Notes: generated by a model not told the origin, from the letters alone. A stretch of DNA of 64,000 bases from Eledone cirrhosa (GCA_964016885.1 OZ024740.1:355136001-355200000), one strand, 5' to 3'. Counted from the stretch's first letter, positions 1 to 16,077 are shown. Numbers and translations are program-made.

Positions 1-45
<45 letters not shown>

Positions 46-184
46 CACATATATATACATACATATATATATATATACATATATATACATACATATATAT
101 ATATATATACATATATATACATATATATATATATTCATATATATACATATATATATATACATATATATACATACATATATATAC

Positions 185-287
<103 letters not shown>

Positions 288-315
288 TATATATATATAC
301 ATACATATATATACA

Positions 316-347
<32 letters not shown>

Positions 348-506
348 CATATATATATACATATACATATATATACATATATACATATATATATATATAC
401 ATATATATACATTTATATATATATATATACATATATACATATATATATATATACATATATATACATATATATATATATACATATATATATATACATATAT
501 ATATAC

Positions 507-541
<35 letters not shown>

Positions 542-542
542 C

Positions 543-605
<63 letters not shown>

Positions 606-606
606 C

Positions 607-730
<124 letters not shown>

Positions 731-1939
731 ATGTATATCTATCTACTTATATATATAACCAGCAATTTCTCTGTCTGTCTGTCCGACAGTGGAAACACGT
801 GCTTAGAGCGAGAGTGAGAGTGAAAGAAAGAGACAGACTACGAGAGGGGGATAGCGGGAGGGAGAGAGATAGAGTGAATAGACGCTAAAACACGTGCTAT
901 AGAAACATTACCTTCCCCTCTCCACTGACTTGACACCATTTGAAGAAGGTTGCCATTGAATTTGTGGTTGTTGCTGCTGATAATAAGGACCATTTGAAGA
1001 AGGTTGCTGCTGATGAGGTAATTTATTAATCAGATTGCGCAGTTCCATAACCTACGTTTGATTTGTTCAATTTTTGTTGTTGTTTTTTTTAATTTCTTAT
1101 TGAAAAAATATAAATAATAAAATAAGGTTAGAAATTTAAATACGATTTAATTTCCATTTCCAGCAGCCAATGTCCAGTGTTCAATTTCATGAAAAAATTG
1201 GAAATATTTAAAAAAATTGAAGTTTAACTTTTGAACATTTGTTTTGACAATAAAAAAATATTTCCTTATTCACACCTAATGGTATGATTAAAATTTCATA
1301 GGAATATTTTTTCTAACCTCCAGTTATTTAAATATTATTAAAAATAAATTTTATTTTTAAAAGAATGGAAGATTTTGTGGATTTTTTTACCACCTTCCAA
1401 GCCTTAAACACTAATTCTCGCGAATTTGTGTTTTGTAATGACCCTCAGAACGCTGCTATTGTTGATTACAATAGTACCTGGTATTCGAATATGTTAGTAT
1501 ACAATTTTTTGAATAAAATTAAGGCGCAATTAGAGCTGCCAAACAAAATTTTTTTCGGCTTCGGCCCATATTATTTTTGGGAAAATTCTATTTGCTCTAA
1601 TGAGTCTGCCTCTGTTGGCGTTATTTGCGACAGTCACCATTTCTTGACTTTGAAGTCTCCTTATAATATATAACCAGCAATTTCTCTGTCTGTCTGTCCG
1701 ACAGTGGAAACACGTGCGCGCGTGGTTGCTATATATCTCTCTCTCCAGCTATCCCTCTCTTTTAGTCTGTCTGTTTCTCTCACTCTCACTCTTTCTCTTT
1801 GTAACACACTAACATTCCTCCCCTCTATCGCTGTGACGAATGGGGAGATGGAGGAGGAGGAGGAGGAGAGAGTCACTTCGTCACTTCACCTCTGCCTTTC
1901 TTTCTCTCCCCTCTCACTCCCTCATTACGTACAGACATT

Positions 1940-2133
1940 AGGGCGGTGGATTGGCAGAATCTGTAGAGAGTCGGACACCATGCTTCATAGCATGGAGTTA
2001 CGTCCCTTTACGGTCTGAGTTCAAATACCGCCGAGGTTAACTTTGCCTTTCATCCTCACGGGGTCGATAATAAAAGTACCAGTAATGTACTGGGTATTTG
2101 CTGGCCTTGTGCCAAAAGTAGAAACAATTATTA
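1940..2133 (+). mobile_element. tRNA-derived SINE (Nin/Deu-like core)
   Basis: A-box-like TTGGCAGAATC, B-box GAGTTCAAATAC, core GAGGTTAACTTTGCCTTTCATCC...GGGTCGATAA...AGTACCAG, tail TGCCAAAAGTAGAAACAATTATTA. Close copies at 50087, 55203 and 60434. Confidence 0.85.
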
Positions 2134-2249
2134 GAAACATTGCTTCATTTTTACATATCTAAGCATTAGTAAAATAACTAATAATTTCAAAAGTAATTTT
2201 TCAATTCCAATTGTTATGAACAGCAAAACATTAATAATAATTTTGTTCT

Positions 2250-2460
2250 AAGAAATATATAATACATTTCTGTGTGTGTAATATATATATATACACACAG
2301 AAATATATATACATTTCTGTGTGTGTAATATATATATATATACTCACAGAAATATATATACATTTCTGTGTGTGTAATATATATATATATACACACACAG
2401 AAATATATATACATTTCTGTGTGTGTAATATATACATATATATACACACACAGAAATATA
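2250..2460. repeat. ~50-bp minisatellite with an internal palindrome
   Basis: About 4.5 copies of CACAGAAATATATATACATTTCTGTGTGTGTAATATATATATATA. Confidence 0.8.
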
Positions 2461-5284
2461 TGAGCATTTCTCTGTTTGTCTGTCTGTCTGTCCTTCCCTA
2501 AAACTCAAATGTAGGTGCTACAGAAATATTACCGTGCCCTTCCTTTGTCCACTTTGTTACTACCAAGAGAAACACTGTCGCTATAGAAACATTACCTTCC
2601 CCTCTCCACTGACTTTGGTCACTGAGGCCGAGGGAATCGCTGGTTGCTATAGAGACACCTTGCACAAGCCAGAAGTAACCAGTTCGAGGCGGTTCTGACT
2701 TGACATCATGCCAAGGACCATTTGAAGATATATTTCCATCGTTATATCATAACGTTTATGTATCATAACGTTTATATTTCCGTCACTAATGTCTTTTTCT
2801 CCTTTTTCGTTTTAACATATATTTATTTCAAAGATTTCACCGTATAGATAATATATATATTTATACATGCATAAAAGACACACCGAGAGACGGTGAACAT
2901 GTGGTGCCGAAAACATTTCTCATCCAAATCTCAACAATATCAGTATATACACTAGATTTGCTAGCAGAAAACCGCCCACCAGGTGGTTTTCTGCTAGTCT
3001 ATATATATAAAACTGAGGAATGTCTGTCTGTGTGTGTTTGAGTTTGAATCCCTAAAACCCGAGAACCACCAAACAGACTGTTTTCAAACTTTACACATGT
3101 AATACTCATGTATCAGGGAGTGTTCTGAGCAAAAGGAAAAAAATCAAATTTTCTATGCCCTAGGGACCGTATTAGGTGATTTAGCGATCTCTCTCTATAA
3201 TTTTTAGTCTTTCTCTTTTTAGATAGATACATACATTTAACGTCGCGCCCTTATAATATCTGTCTGTATGTCTGACTGTCTGCTTTACGTCACTTCCCTG
3301 GGGATGTCTGTCTGTGTGTGTGTGTGTGTGTCTGTGAGTTTGAATCCCTAAAACTCGAGAAGTACCCAACCGACTGTTTTCAAACTTTACATCTGTATTA
3401 TTTAGGTTTCAGGGAGTGTTATGCACATACAAAATTCAACTTTTTGATAACCTAGTTGATAACCTAGTTGAAAAACTGCGTTTTTTCAGGTTTTTAGGGG
3501 TTTTTTGAGGCGTTACGTCAGACAGATTTTCTTGAAATTGTAACTATGTATTAGTCAGTCTCTTCTTCATACCGCGAGCAAAGAATATTCAAATTTTTTA
3601 TGGCATTAGGTGAAAAATTTCATTTTTTCAGCTTTTTAGGGCTTTTTTGAGGCGTTACGTCTAGCCGATTTTACCGAAATTTCAAGGCATATTATGCACA
3701 TAAACAAATTCATTTTCTTCATCCCCTAGGGCCCGCATTAGGTGAAAACCTGCATTTTTCCTCCTTCACCGAGGAAAATCTTAAAGATTATCCAGCCATC
3801 AGATTATTCGGTTTATTTTCTTTACATATTCTCCATGCATGCAGTTTTTCCACGATTAGGTCTGTTGGCTGCCCGCGTTCCAAATTACCTTATCTTGTGC
3901 AACGACGGGTACCACTGCTAGTCTATATATATAAAACAGAGGATGTCTGTCTGTGTATCTGTTTCCCTAAAACTCGAGAAGTACCCAACCGGTTTTTTTT
4001 CAAACTTTACATATGTAACCCGTATGGCTCCGGAAGTGTTTTGAGCAAAAAAAATTTCAAATTATTCTGACCTAGGGATCGAATTAGTGAAGTGGCCAAT
4101 GTCTGTACATAATGAGGGAGTGAGAGGGGAGAGAAAGAAACGGAGAGGCGAAGTGAAGAAGTGGCTCTCTACTCCTCCTCCTCCTTCTCCCCATTCGTCA
4201 CAGCGTTTTTCGATAGAGGGGAGAAATGTGAACGAGTTACAGAGAGAAAGAGTGAGAGTGAAAGAAACAGACAGACTAAAAGAGGGGGATAGCGGGAGAG
4301 AGAGAGAGAGAGTGACAGACGCCGTCTTTTGAGAGTTGACAGTGGAATAACTATTGCGTGTGTGTGTATGTGCGCGCGTGTGTGTGTGAGTTTGTGTGCG
4401 CCCTTATATTATCTGTGTGTATGTCTTGTTGTCTGCATTACGATACATATACACACACACACAGACACTGAGCGCGTCATAATGACGTAATGCAGACAGC
4501 CAGACATACAGACAGATATTATAAGGGCGCAGCGTTATATCTATGCATCTATCTAAAAAGAAAGACTTATAATTATAGAGAGAGATCGATAAATCGCCTA
4601 ATGCTGTCCCTAGGGCATTGAACATTTGAAATATTCTTTGCTCAAAACACTCACAGGACCATAAGTATTACATGTGTAAAGTTTGAAAACAATCGGTTGG
4701 GTGGGTCTCAAGTTTTAGTGAACTGACAGACAGACAGACATTATCTGTTTTAGATATATAGACTAGCAGAAAACCACCCGGTGGGCGGTTTTCTGCTAGC
4801 AAATTTAGTGTATATACTGATATTGTTGAGATTTGGATGAGAAATGTTTTCGGCACCACATGGTCACCGTCTCTCGGTGTGTCTGTTATGCATGTATAAA
4901 TATATATGTTATCTATACGGTGAAATCTTTGAAATAAATATATGTTAACACGAAAAAGGAGAAAAAGACATTAGTGACGGAAATATAAACGTTATGATAC
5001 ATAAACGTTATGATTTAACAATGGAAATATATAAACGTTTACGATAAAACGATGGAAATAGAAACGTTTATATATAATGATAAGCCGAAACACTCGTAAG
5101 CCGAAACAGTCGTAAGTCGAAACACTCGTAAAGCGAAACGTATAAATAAAGATTAATGTAATGAATTTGAAATGCATAGAGATTTGAAACCGCGTCTATT
5201 TGTTTCCTTGGCATACATATATATATATATATATACATATATATATACATATATATACATATATATACATACATATATATATAC

Positions 5285-5333
<49 letters not shown>

Positions 5334-5350
5334 CATACATATATATATAC

Positions 5351-5381
<31 letters not shown>

Positions 5382-5433
5382 TACATATATATAAATACAT
5401 ATATATATACATATATATGTATATATATATATT

Positions 5434-5471
<38 letters not shown>

Positions 5472-5475
5472 TGTA

Positions 5476-5605
<130 letters not shown>

Positions 5606-5629
5606 TATATACATATATATATATACATA

Positions 5630-5760
5630 TGGTGGCTGCCAACTCGTTTTCGAGTACGGCCACTACTTTATATCCATGTAGGAGAACCCCTACCGAAGCG
5701 CTGAACGAGTGTGACTTTTTAGTCCAGCCAGCGACTTGAAAATTCTGGTACAAACACTAC
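5630..5760 (-). mobile_element. 3' end of an RTE-type retroposon (truncated copy of 29776-30230)
   Basis: Near-identical to 29776-29906. Confidence 0.75.
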
Positions 5761-5792
5761 TATATATATATACATATATGTATATATATATA

Positions 5793-6109
5793 TAATGTAT
5801 AAAAAACAATACAAAATAATTACCTCATTACCAGAGGTTTCCCGAATAAGACGAATACGAAAGAAACGTCTTCATTCGTTCGTCGGACGAGGCAATATAA
5901 AACATAGAGAAATATTTGGAAAGTCTCCTCAAGAAATGCAAAATAAATTATATATATATAGATAAAGGTAATACAATAGACATATAAAATATGTAAACAT
6001 TTTTTAAGAAATATAGTTAGGTGTGTGTATATGTATGTATATACACTCACAGATATACATATGTATGTATGTACAAATGTGTGTGTATTTCTATTTTCAA
6101 CGGAAACTT

Positions 6110-6115
<6 letters not shown>
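5793..6115 (-). mobile_element. HHR-bearing non-autonomous element, family A
   Basis: Homologous to 33009-33270. HHR on the - strand at 5823-5892 with core variant CCGACGA. Confidence 0.75.
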
Positions 6116-6156
<41 letters not shown>

Positions 6157-6232
6157 CATCAAACAATAATATTTGTGTTTTCATCAGATAAAACAGGAGA
6201 ACATGATATATATATATATATATATACATATA

Positions 6233-6266
<34 letters not shown>

Positions 6267-6333
6267 CATATATATATATACATATATATATACATATATA
6301 TATAGATATATATATATACATATATATATATAC

Positions 6334-6364
<31 letters not shown>

Positions 6365-6416
6365 TACATATATAATATATATATATATATATACATATAT
6401 ATATGGATATATATAT

Positions 6417-6487
<71 letters not shown>

Positions 6488-6652
6488 TATATATATATAT
6501 ACATATATACATATATATATATATACATATATATATATACATATATATATATATACATATATATATATACATATATATATATATACATATATATATATAC
6601 ATATATACATATATATATATACATATACATATATATATACATATATATATAC

Positions 6653-6687
<35 letters not shown>

Positions 6688-6728
6688 CATACATACATAT
6701 ATATATATACATATATATATATACATAC

Positions 6729-6759
<31 letters not shown>

Positions 6760-6775
6760 AATATATATATACATC

Positions 6776-6820
<45 letters not shown>

Positions 6821-6836
6821 GTATATATACATATAC

Positions 6837-6938
<102 letters not shown>

Positions 6939-6967
6939 CTACATATATATATATATACATATATATA

Positions 6968-8162
6968 TAATGTATTTTGCAATACTCTTTATGCTTAATT
7001 AAAAGCATTTTGAAGACCGTAAGCTATTGTTTTAAAGTAGTGACAAATTCACTCACTTTGATCTCAGCAAACAGGGGAGATAAGCCGACAAGACTTGTTT
7101 CGCTTTGGTTGAAGCTTATCAAGGCCAACTACCCCACCTGTCTGCTGAGATCATTGATGTTATATTCTTATAGAAATCTAGTAAATAATCAGGAGCTGAT
7201 TATGCAGAGCGGTTGTTGGTCAGGCATAAATAAAAAATTAGAATTGGCGCTCTGAAATAGCAATATATATATGGATGTATATATAATGTATTTTGCAATA
7301 CACTTTATGCTTAATTAAAAGCATTTTGAAGACCGTAAGCTATTGTTTTAAAGTAGTGACAAATTCAATCACTTTGATCTCAGCAAACAGGAGAGATAAG
7401 CCGACCTACTTTAAAACAATAGCTTACGGTCTTCAAAATGCTTTTAATTAAGCATAAAGTGTATTGCAAAATACATTATATATACATCCATATATATATT
7501 GCTATTTCAGAGCTCCAATTCTAATTTTTAATTTCTGCCTGACCAACAACCGCTCTGCATAATCAGCTCCTGATTATTTACTAGATTTCTATAAGAATAT
7601 AACATCAATGATCTCAGCAAACAGGTGGGGTAGTTGGCCTTGATAAGCTTCAACCAAAGCGAAACAAGTCTTGTCGGCTTATCTCCCCTGTTTGCTGAGA
7701 TCAAAGTGAGTGAATTTGTCACTTCTTTAAAACAATAGCTTACGGTCTTCAAAATGCTTTTAATTAAGCATAAAGTGTATTGCAAAATACATTATATATA
7801 CATCCATATATATATTGCTATTTCAGAGCTCCAATTCTAATTTTTAATTTCTGCCTGACCAACAACCGCTCTGCATAATCAGCTCCTGATTATTTACTAG
7901 ATTTCTATAAGAATATAACATCAATGATCTCAGCAAACAGGTGGGGTAGTTGGCCTTGATAAGCTTCAACCAAAGCGAAACAACTCTTGTCGGCTTATCT
8001 CCCCTGTTTGCTGAGATCAAAGTGAGTGAATTTGTCACTACTTAAAAACAATAGCTTATGGTCTTCAAAATGCTTTTAATTAAGCATAAAGTGTATTGCA
8101 AAATACATTATATATACATCCATATATATATTGCTATTTCAGAGCTCCAATTCTAATTTTTA

Positions 8163-8163
<1 letters not shown>
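6968..8163. mobile_element. HHR-bearing retrozyme-like element, family B (316-bp units, tandem + inverted)
   Basis: Unit 6970-7285 plus a partial copy, then an inversion at ~7405 and two tandem reverse units 316 bp apart. Flanked by (TA)n. Confidence 0.85.
7636..7679 (+). ncRNA. Hammerhead ribozyme, type I (U3-A8 variant)
   Basis: GGCC-TTGATAA-GCTT caacca AAGC-GAAAC-AAG t CTT-GTC-GGCT. Stem I is extended by ATCTCAGCAAACAGG/CCTGTTTGCTGAGAT. Other copies at 7952-7995 (+) and 7083-7126 (-). Confidence 0.85.
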
Positions 8164-8222
<59 letters not shown>

Positions 8223-8226
8223 CTAC

Positions 8227-8381
<155 letters not shown>

Positions 8382-9894
8382 CATATATATGAAATATAAG
8401 AATCAAAGAACTGTTCAAAACATTTTTGTGCTTACAACTGTTTCCTCCAAACCGAGGTTTGGATTCTTCGGAGCAATTTATTAATGAATGGACAGTTATA
8501 TGACCTCCTTTTCACCCAAGAGACATACAGATACATATGCAAATATTGTGGGTCAACATTCATTACAGCATTTAGAGTGGCAGTACACACTTAGAGATTA
8601 CATTCATATTAAAAGGTATAATCAAAAATCAAAAATACAGGTTAAAATGCAACATGAAAATAAGCGGTTATATAGTGCAAATGTTATATGTGTGGCAAGC
8701 ACGTGCGTCTTGTTTATATAGTGTGGCAGACAGTTACGTGTAGTAGAAGCACTTAGGTAGGTAAACAAGAGTGTTATGTTGGTTGATCTGGTGGCAAATT
8801 CTTTATATGATTGTTATAGTCTGTGTGTGGAGAAATGATATAAGCATTAAAAATAGTGCAAGCATTAAAAATATTAAAAGTATTGGAAATGCACAGCGAA
8901 GGGATGATATGGACTTCATGTACTTCGACATTTTCATAGTCAGGGGAGTGTATTTTTCAGATTATATGCCGCTCACATAATCCACGACAATTCGATATTG
9001 AGCGTTTGACAATCCAGTTAGAGAATCGTAGTCTGATGTTCTTTAGTTCAATACAGGAGGCTGTTACGTTTCGAGAATCGACATTGAATACTACCCGGAA
9101 GTGTGTGTGTGGCTAAGGGGAGTTAATGCATGAGGGGAGGTAACTCCGAGGTTTCTATTCCTAGCTATTGAAATGTGTCTCAAAATAGACCCTAATTTCT
9201 ATGGTTATGCGCAACTTCCAAAAAATTTCTAAAGCATAAAGTGTTTTAACTATAGAGTAGTCTATTAAGTTGTGCTGAAGGTGTTCGTATTATTATGGTG
9301 AATTAACCCCCATCGTAGGGTGCCACAAATGAATATTATAGACGACGAGCGAGGATTCTAAATTAATGATCTCTGTGGTTGTAGTCTACTCATAGGACCA
9401 GGCGCGGTGATTGCAGAATCACTTCAACACACAATGATCTCCGGTAAGTTCTGGGTCATCGCTTGCTACATTGGATGTCGAAAGATAATCATCACCAGGG
9501 CCGACCAGAGGTCAATCCGCAGTCCTCATGACCCCACTCTGACCATCAAATCATCCATATATGTACAACCCGCACGCCAGTTGCAATACATTCATTCTCT
9601 GCACTCAGCGTCCTGGTCCTGCTGCTCAACAGCGTTACTAGATTAAATCGTTTTTCATCTGTCCAAGGAAGGCACTTCCTCCGCACAACACTACCAAGCC
9701 AATCAATTCATGCTTAAATTACCTATAGAGCGGTGTAGTGCAGTTCAAGTGGGTTTGTATAAAAAAAATATATATAACTGCAAAAGGTTTTTGTATTTAC
9801 AAAACCATAAATAGTATAATTAATACTATTAACTGCTCCATATTGTTGAGCTGACATATAATATTACCAATATGTTAATCAAAGACCAACTCCC

Positions 9895-12305
9895 ATGTCA
9901 ACCAAGAACATACCAATACCATCCAGGAATACATATGAGAAATTGCTGATCAACAGTGTAAATTCATTTATCAATAGAGTGAGATGGAGGACATTCCATT
10001 ATGATAGAAACAGATCTAACAATGTGAACAATACTAACAAATTTGACTCCTTCGGCTTTAAAACCTTTAAAAGCCCCCCTCATAACACACTACTTAACTC
10101 CTTTGAAAATGACCTAGTTAAACTAGTTAAGAACATTAAATACAATAAGCACCATAATAGAAGCAACACCTTCTTAAACAAACTTAACACCTCTATTAAT
10201 GGATTCAAAACTAGTAATAAAATTATTGTACACGCAGATAAAACTAATAACATATACAGCCTAGATTATAATACTTATAGAAAGTTTATATATAATGAAC
10301 TACATAAAAGCTACAAGAAGACCACCTTGAAAAACTTAGAAGATATTAATATAGAGGGATATAATATAGTGTCTAAACTAGGACTTCACAGGCATACACA
10401 ACCATTCACCCCAAACCCCCCTAGATTCTCTCTGAAGGACCATAAGGAGGACTTCATCAGCAACCCCTCGATAAGACTTATCTGCCCTTCCAAGTCCGAC
10501 ATTGGTATTATCAGCAAGAAAATTTTGGATAAAATCATCCCACAAATTAAACACAAGATACACCTTAAACAATGGGGAAATACGGGTGAAGTGATTGAAT
10601 GGTTCAAAGATATCAAGAATAATAAGGACAAAAAATTTATTCAATTTGATATCAATTCATACTACACCTCTATTTCCCATATCCTATTAAATAAGGCACT
10701 AATCATGGCCATGAACAATAGCGACCTGACTAGAGCCCAGATTGATGTCATCCTTGCGGCCCGTAAAACCATAATCACCTTCGAGGACCAACTATGGACA
10801 CGCAAGGATACGCACAACAACTTCGACATAACCATGGGATCTAGTGACTCGGCAGGGTCACTGATTTGGTCGGCCTATACCTTCTTAATGAAATCCATAA
10901 GGACCTCCCTTACCTCAACGGTGGTTTGTACCACGATGATGCACTTCTACTTATAGAATATAAAAAATTAAATATAGAAAGAACTAGAAAACAATTGCAC
11001 AAGACATTCAAAAACTTTAACCTTAGTATCACCATGGACAAAAACACTAAAAATGCTAACTTCCTAGACGCCACACTATACCTAGACTCAAAAATATATA
11101 CACCTTTCCATAAGCCTAACGAAAAACTCATTTACGTAGATACCAAATCTAATCACCCTAGATCAATATTAAACTATATCTCTAAGGGGGTATCCAATAG
11201 AATCTCTAGTCTATCCTATGACGCAAACATATTTAGCAAAAACTAACAATATTACAATCAAGCATTAGCTAGATCCGGCCATAATATAGAAATTGAGTTC
11301 CTAAGAAAACACATAGCTACAACATCATCTCGCACAACATGTCCATGAGGAAACCTAATAATAGGAATAGCAACCACAAGTACACCAAAGCGGAGGGTGC
11401 CACCGGAAGTAACCATTACCACGGAAACTACTGTAGTGCCTTAGGAAGAAACAACACACCAAACACTAAAAACAAAAATAGAAGAAGAAATAATACATTT
11501 TTCAACCCTCCTTTCAACCTAAATGTCTCCACCAACATACCTAGGGCTTTCTTCTCACTACTAGATAAAAACTTCCCTCTTTTAAACAAAAACACTATTA
11601 AAATCTCATACTCTACGACGCCTAACTTAGCATACCACATAGCTAGCAGCAATAAAAGTAAAATTAATTCTTACTTCCAACAAATGAAATCACAACAGGA
11701 TGCAAACCTTCTAAATACCTCTGTAGCAAGCAGCCATAGTAACGGCAGTAACAATAGAAATAACACTAGTATAAGAAATAACACCGGGGTTGACAACCCG
11801 AATGTCCAAAATCCTATAGCTACCACCCAGACTTCTGCACTGCATTATAACCAGCAGACTAACACACAGGATAATTGTAACTGTAGAGCTAATAGAACCT
11901 GCCCTTTAGATAAAAAAAGGCCTAACCAAGGATATCATATACTCATGCACCGTCACAACTAGCAACTCTTCAGAAACCTATGTAGGCTCCACTTCTAACT
12001 GCTTCAAAATCAGATATAATTCGCACATCCACTCGTTCAAAAAGCACAGCCTAGCCAACTCCACCTCACTATCTAGCTACATACACTATCTAAAAACTAA
12101 AAATAAACCATACACACTCAAATGGGAAGTGATAGGCAGCGCGACTTCGTACAAACCACCTAATAAATTTTGTAACCTCTGTATACTAGAGACCCACAAT
12201 ATTATCTTCTCTAACCGTAACCTACTTAACAAAAAATCTGAAGTGTTTGCAACTTGCCAGCACCGCTTCAGACATTCCTTCCAAAACTTTAAGCCCAATA
12301 TATAG
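9895..12305 (+). pseudogene. PLE RT + GIY-YIG endonuclease polyprotein (frameshifts ~10855, ~11340, ~11915; stop 11244)
   Basis: Motifs STKNIPIP, LKDHKEDF..NPSIRLICP, FDINSYYTSI, FDITMGS, GLYHDD, FLDATL, KSNHP, NPPF, CNCR..CPL, IIYSC...YVGST...KIRY..H, CNLCILE. Confidence 0.92.
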
Positions 12306-13755
12306 CAATGTCGGACTTGAACCAAACACCACCTCTATCATCAAACACCAGGGGCACACCTTATACCACATACCCAACACTAACTGATCTAATATAACAC
12401 AAACAACGACATCCCTCTGGAACCCTTCGCAGGGAGAATACCCATTTATACCTCTACGTGAGGTGTGACAACAGCCACCCACTTGAACTGCACTACACCG
12501 CTCTATAGGTAATTTAAGCATGAATTGATTGGCTTGGTAGTGTTGTGCGGAGGAAGTGCCTTCCTTGGACAGATGAAAAACGATTTAATCTAGTAACGCT
12601 GTTGAGCAGCAGGACCAGGACGCTGAGTGCAGAGAATGAATGTATTGCAACTGGCGTGCGGGTTGTACATATATGGATGATTTGATGGTCAGAGTGGGGT
12701 CATGAGGACTGCGGATTGACCTCTGGTCGGCCCTGGTGTTGATTATCGTTCGACATCCAATGTAGCAAGCGATGACCCAGAACTTACCAGAGATCATTGT
12801 GTGTTGAAGTGATTCTGCAATCACCGCGCCTGGTCCTATGAGTAGACTACAACCACAGAGATCATTAATTTAGAATCCTCGCTCGTCGTCTATAATATTC
12901 ATTTGTGGCACCCTACGATGGGGGTTAATTCACCATAATAATACGAACACCTTCAGCCCAACTTAATAGACTACTCTATAGTTAAAACACTTTATGCTTT
13001 AGAAATTTTTTGGAAGTTGCGCATAACCATAGAAATTAGGGTCTATTTTGAGACACATTTCAATAGCTAGGAATAGAAACCTCGGATTAACCTCCCCTCA
13101 TGCATTAACTCCCCTTAGCCACACACACACTTCCGGGTAGTATTCAATGTCGATTCTCGAAACGTAACAGCCTCCTGTATTGAACTAAAGAACATCAGAC
13201 TACGATTCTCTAACTGGATTGTCAAACGCTCAATATCGAATTGTCGTGGATTATGTGAGGGGCATATAATCTGAAAAATACACTCCCCTGACTATGAAAA
13301 TGTCGAAGTACATGAAGTCCATATCATCCCTTCGCTGTGCATTTCCAATACTTTTAATATTTTTAATGCTTGCACTATTTTTAATGCTTATATCATTTCT
13401 CCACACACAGACTATAACAATCATATAAAGAATTTGCCACCAGATCAACCAACATAACACTCTTGTTTACCTACCTAAGTGCTTCTACTACACGTAACTG
13501 TCTGCCACACTATATAAACAAGACGCACGTGCTTGCCACACATATAACATTTGCACTATATAACCGCTTATTTTCATGTTGCATTTTAACCTGTATTTTT
13601 GATTTTTGATTATACCTTTTAATATGAATGTAATCTCTAAGTGTGTACTGCCACTCTAAATGCTGTAATGAATGTTGACCCACAATATTTGCATATGTAT
13701 CTGTATGTCTCTTGGGTGAAAAGGAGGTCATATAACTGTCCATTCATTAATAAAT

Positions 13756-13802
13756 TGCTCCGAAGAATCCAAACCTCGGTTTGGAGGAAACAGTTGTAAG
13801 CA
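13756..13802 (+). ncRNA. Hammerhead ribozyme in the PLE 3' pLTR (family C)
   Basis: TGCT-CCGAAGA-a TCCAAACC tc GGTTTGGA g-GAAAC-a gt t-GTA-AGCA. Inverted copy at 8429-8475 (-). Confidence 0.8.
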
Positions 13803-14017
13803 CAAAAATGTTTTGAACAGTTCTTTGATTCTTATATTTCATATAACTGCACTGTAAATCATCTGATGTTTTTACATTGAGCTACTTAACTTACTGGTAA
13901 TAAGGTAGTAATATATTACTGCCTACCACTATTTAGGGTTTGTATTAAAAAAATATATATAACTGCAAAAGGTTTTTGTATTTACATAACCATAAATAGT
14001 ATAATTAATACTATACA

Positions 14018-14123
<106 letters not shown>

Positions 14124-14128
14124 TATAC

Positions 14129-14159
<31 letters not shown>

Positions 14160-14248
14160 CATATATATATAAACATATATATATATATACATATATATAT
14201 ATACATATATATATATACATATATATATATACATATATATATATATAC

Positions 14249-14583
<335 letters not shown>

Positions 14584-14626
14584 CATATATAAATATACAT
14601 ATATATATAAATATATATATATATAC

Positions 14627-14671
<45 letters not shown>

Positions 14672-15072
14672 CATATATACATATATATACTTATATACAT
14701 ATATATATATATACTTATATACATATATATATATATATACTTATATACATATATATATATATACTTATATACATATATATATATACATATTTATATACTT
14801 ATATACATATATATATATACTTATATATATATATATATATACTTATATACATATATATATATTTATACTTATATACATATATATATATATATTTATATAC
14901 ATATATATATATACTTATATACATATATATATATATACTTATATACATATATATATATACTTATATACATATATATATATATATATATATACATATATAC
15001 ATATCTATATATATATATACATATATACATATATATATATATACATATATACATATATATATAAATATATAC

Positions 15073-16077
<1,005 letters not shown>

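Larger units (their letters stand above)
737..5210. mobile_element. Cluster of non-autonomous Helitron-like units, tandem and inverted
   Basis: Repeated heads TCTATATATATAAAA/ATATATAACCAGC followed by (GTCT)n at ~750, 1666, 2455, 2998 and 3922, and inverted at ~4762. 3' ends with a hairpin + CTAG abut the next head (2961-2997 ctagcagaaaacc...ggttttctgctag; 3895-3921 gtgcaacgacgggtaccactgctag). 2730-3292 is an inverted copy of 4483-5030. Confidence 0.6.
8387..14013 (+). mobile_element. Near full-length Penelope-like element (Naiad-like) with an inverted 5' pLTR
   Basis: 8387-9754 is a near-perfect inverted copy of 12477-13844. 9751-9828 is a direct repeat of 13936-14013. Contains an internal RT + GIY-YIG ORF and is flanked by (TA)n on both sides. 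Confidence 0.93.

Noticed and set aside
5081-5140. CRISPR-like array (16-bp repeats; also the 2250-2460 minisatellite)
   Set aside because: These are tandem repeats without unique spacers, in a eukaryotic context with no cas genes.
11870-12305. Selenoprotein-type Naiad (UGA at Zn-finger Cys positions)
   Set aside because: The Cys positions I checked use TGT/TGC, and the in-frame stop at 11244 is TAA.
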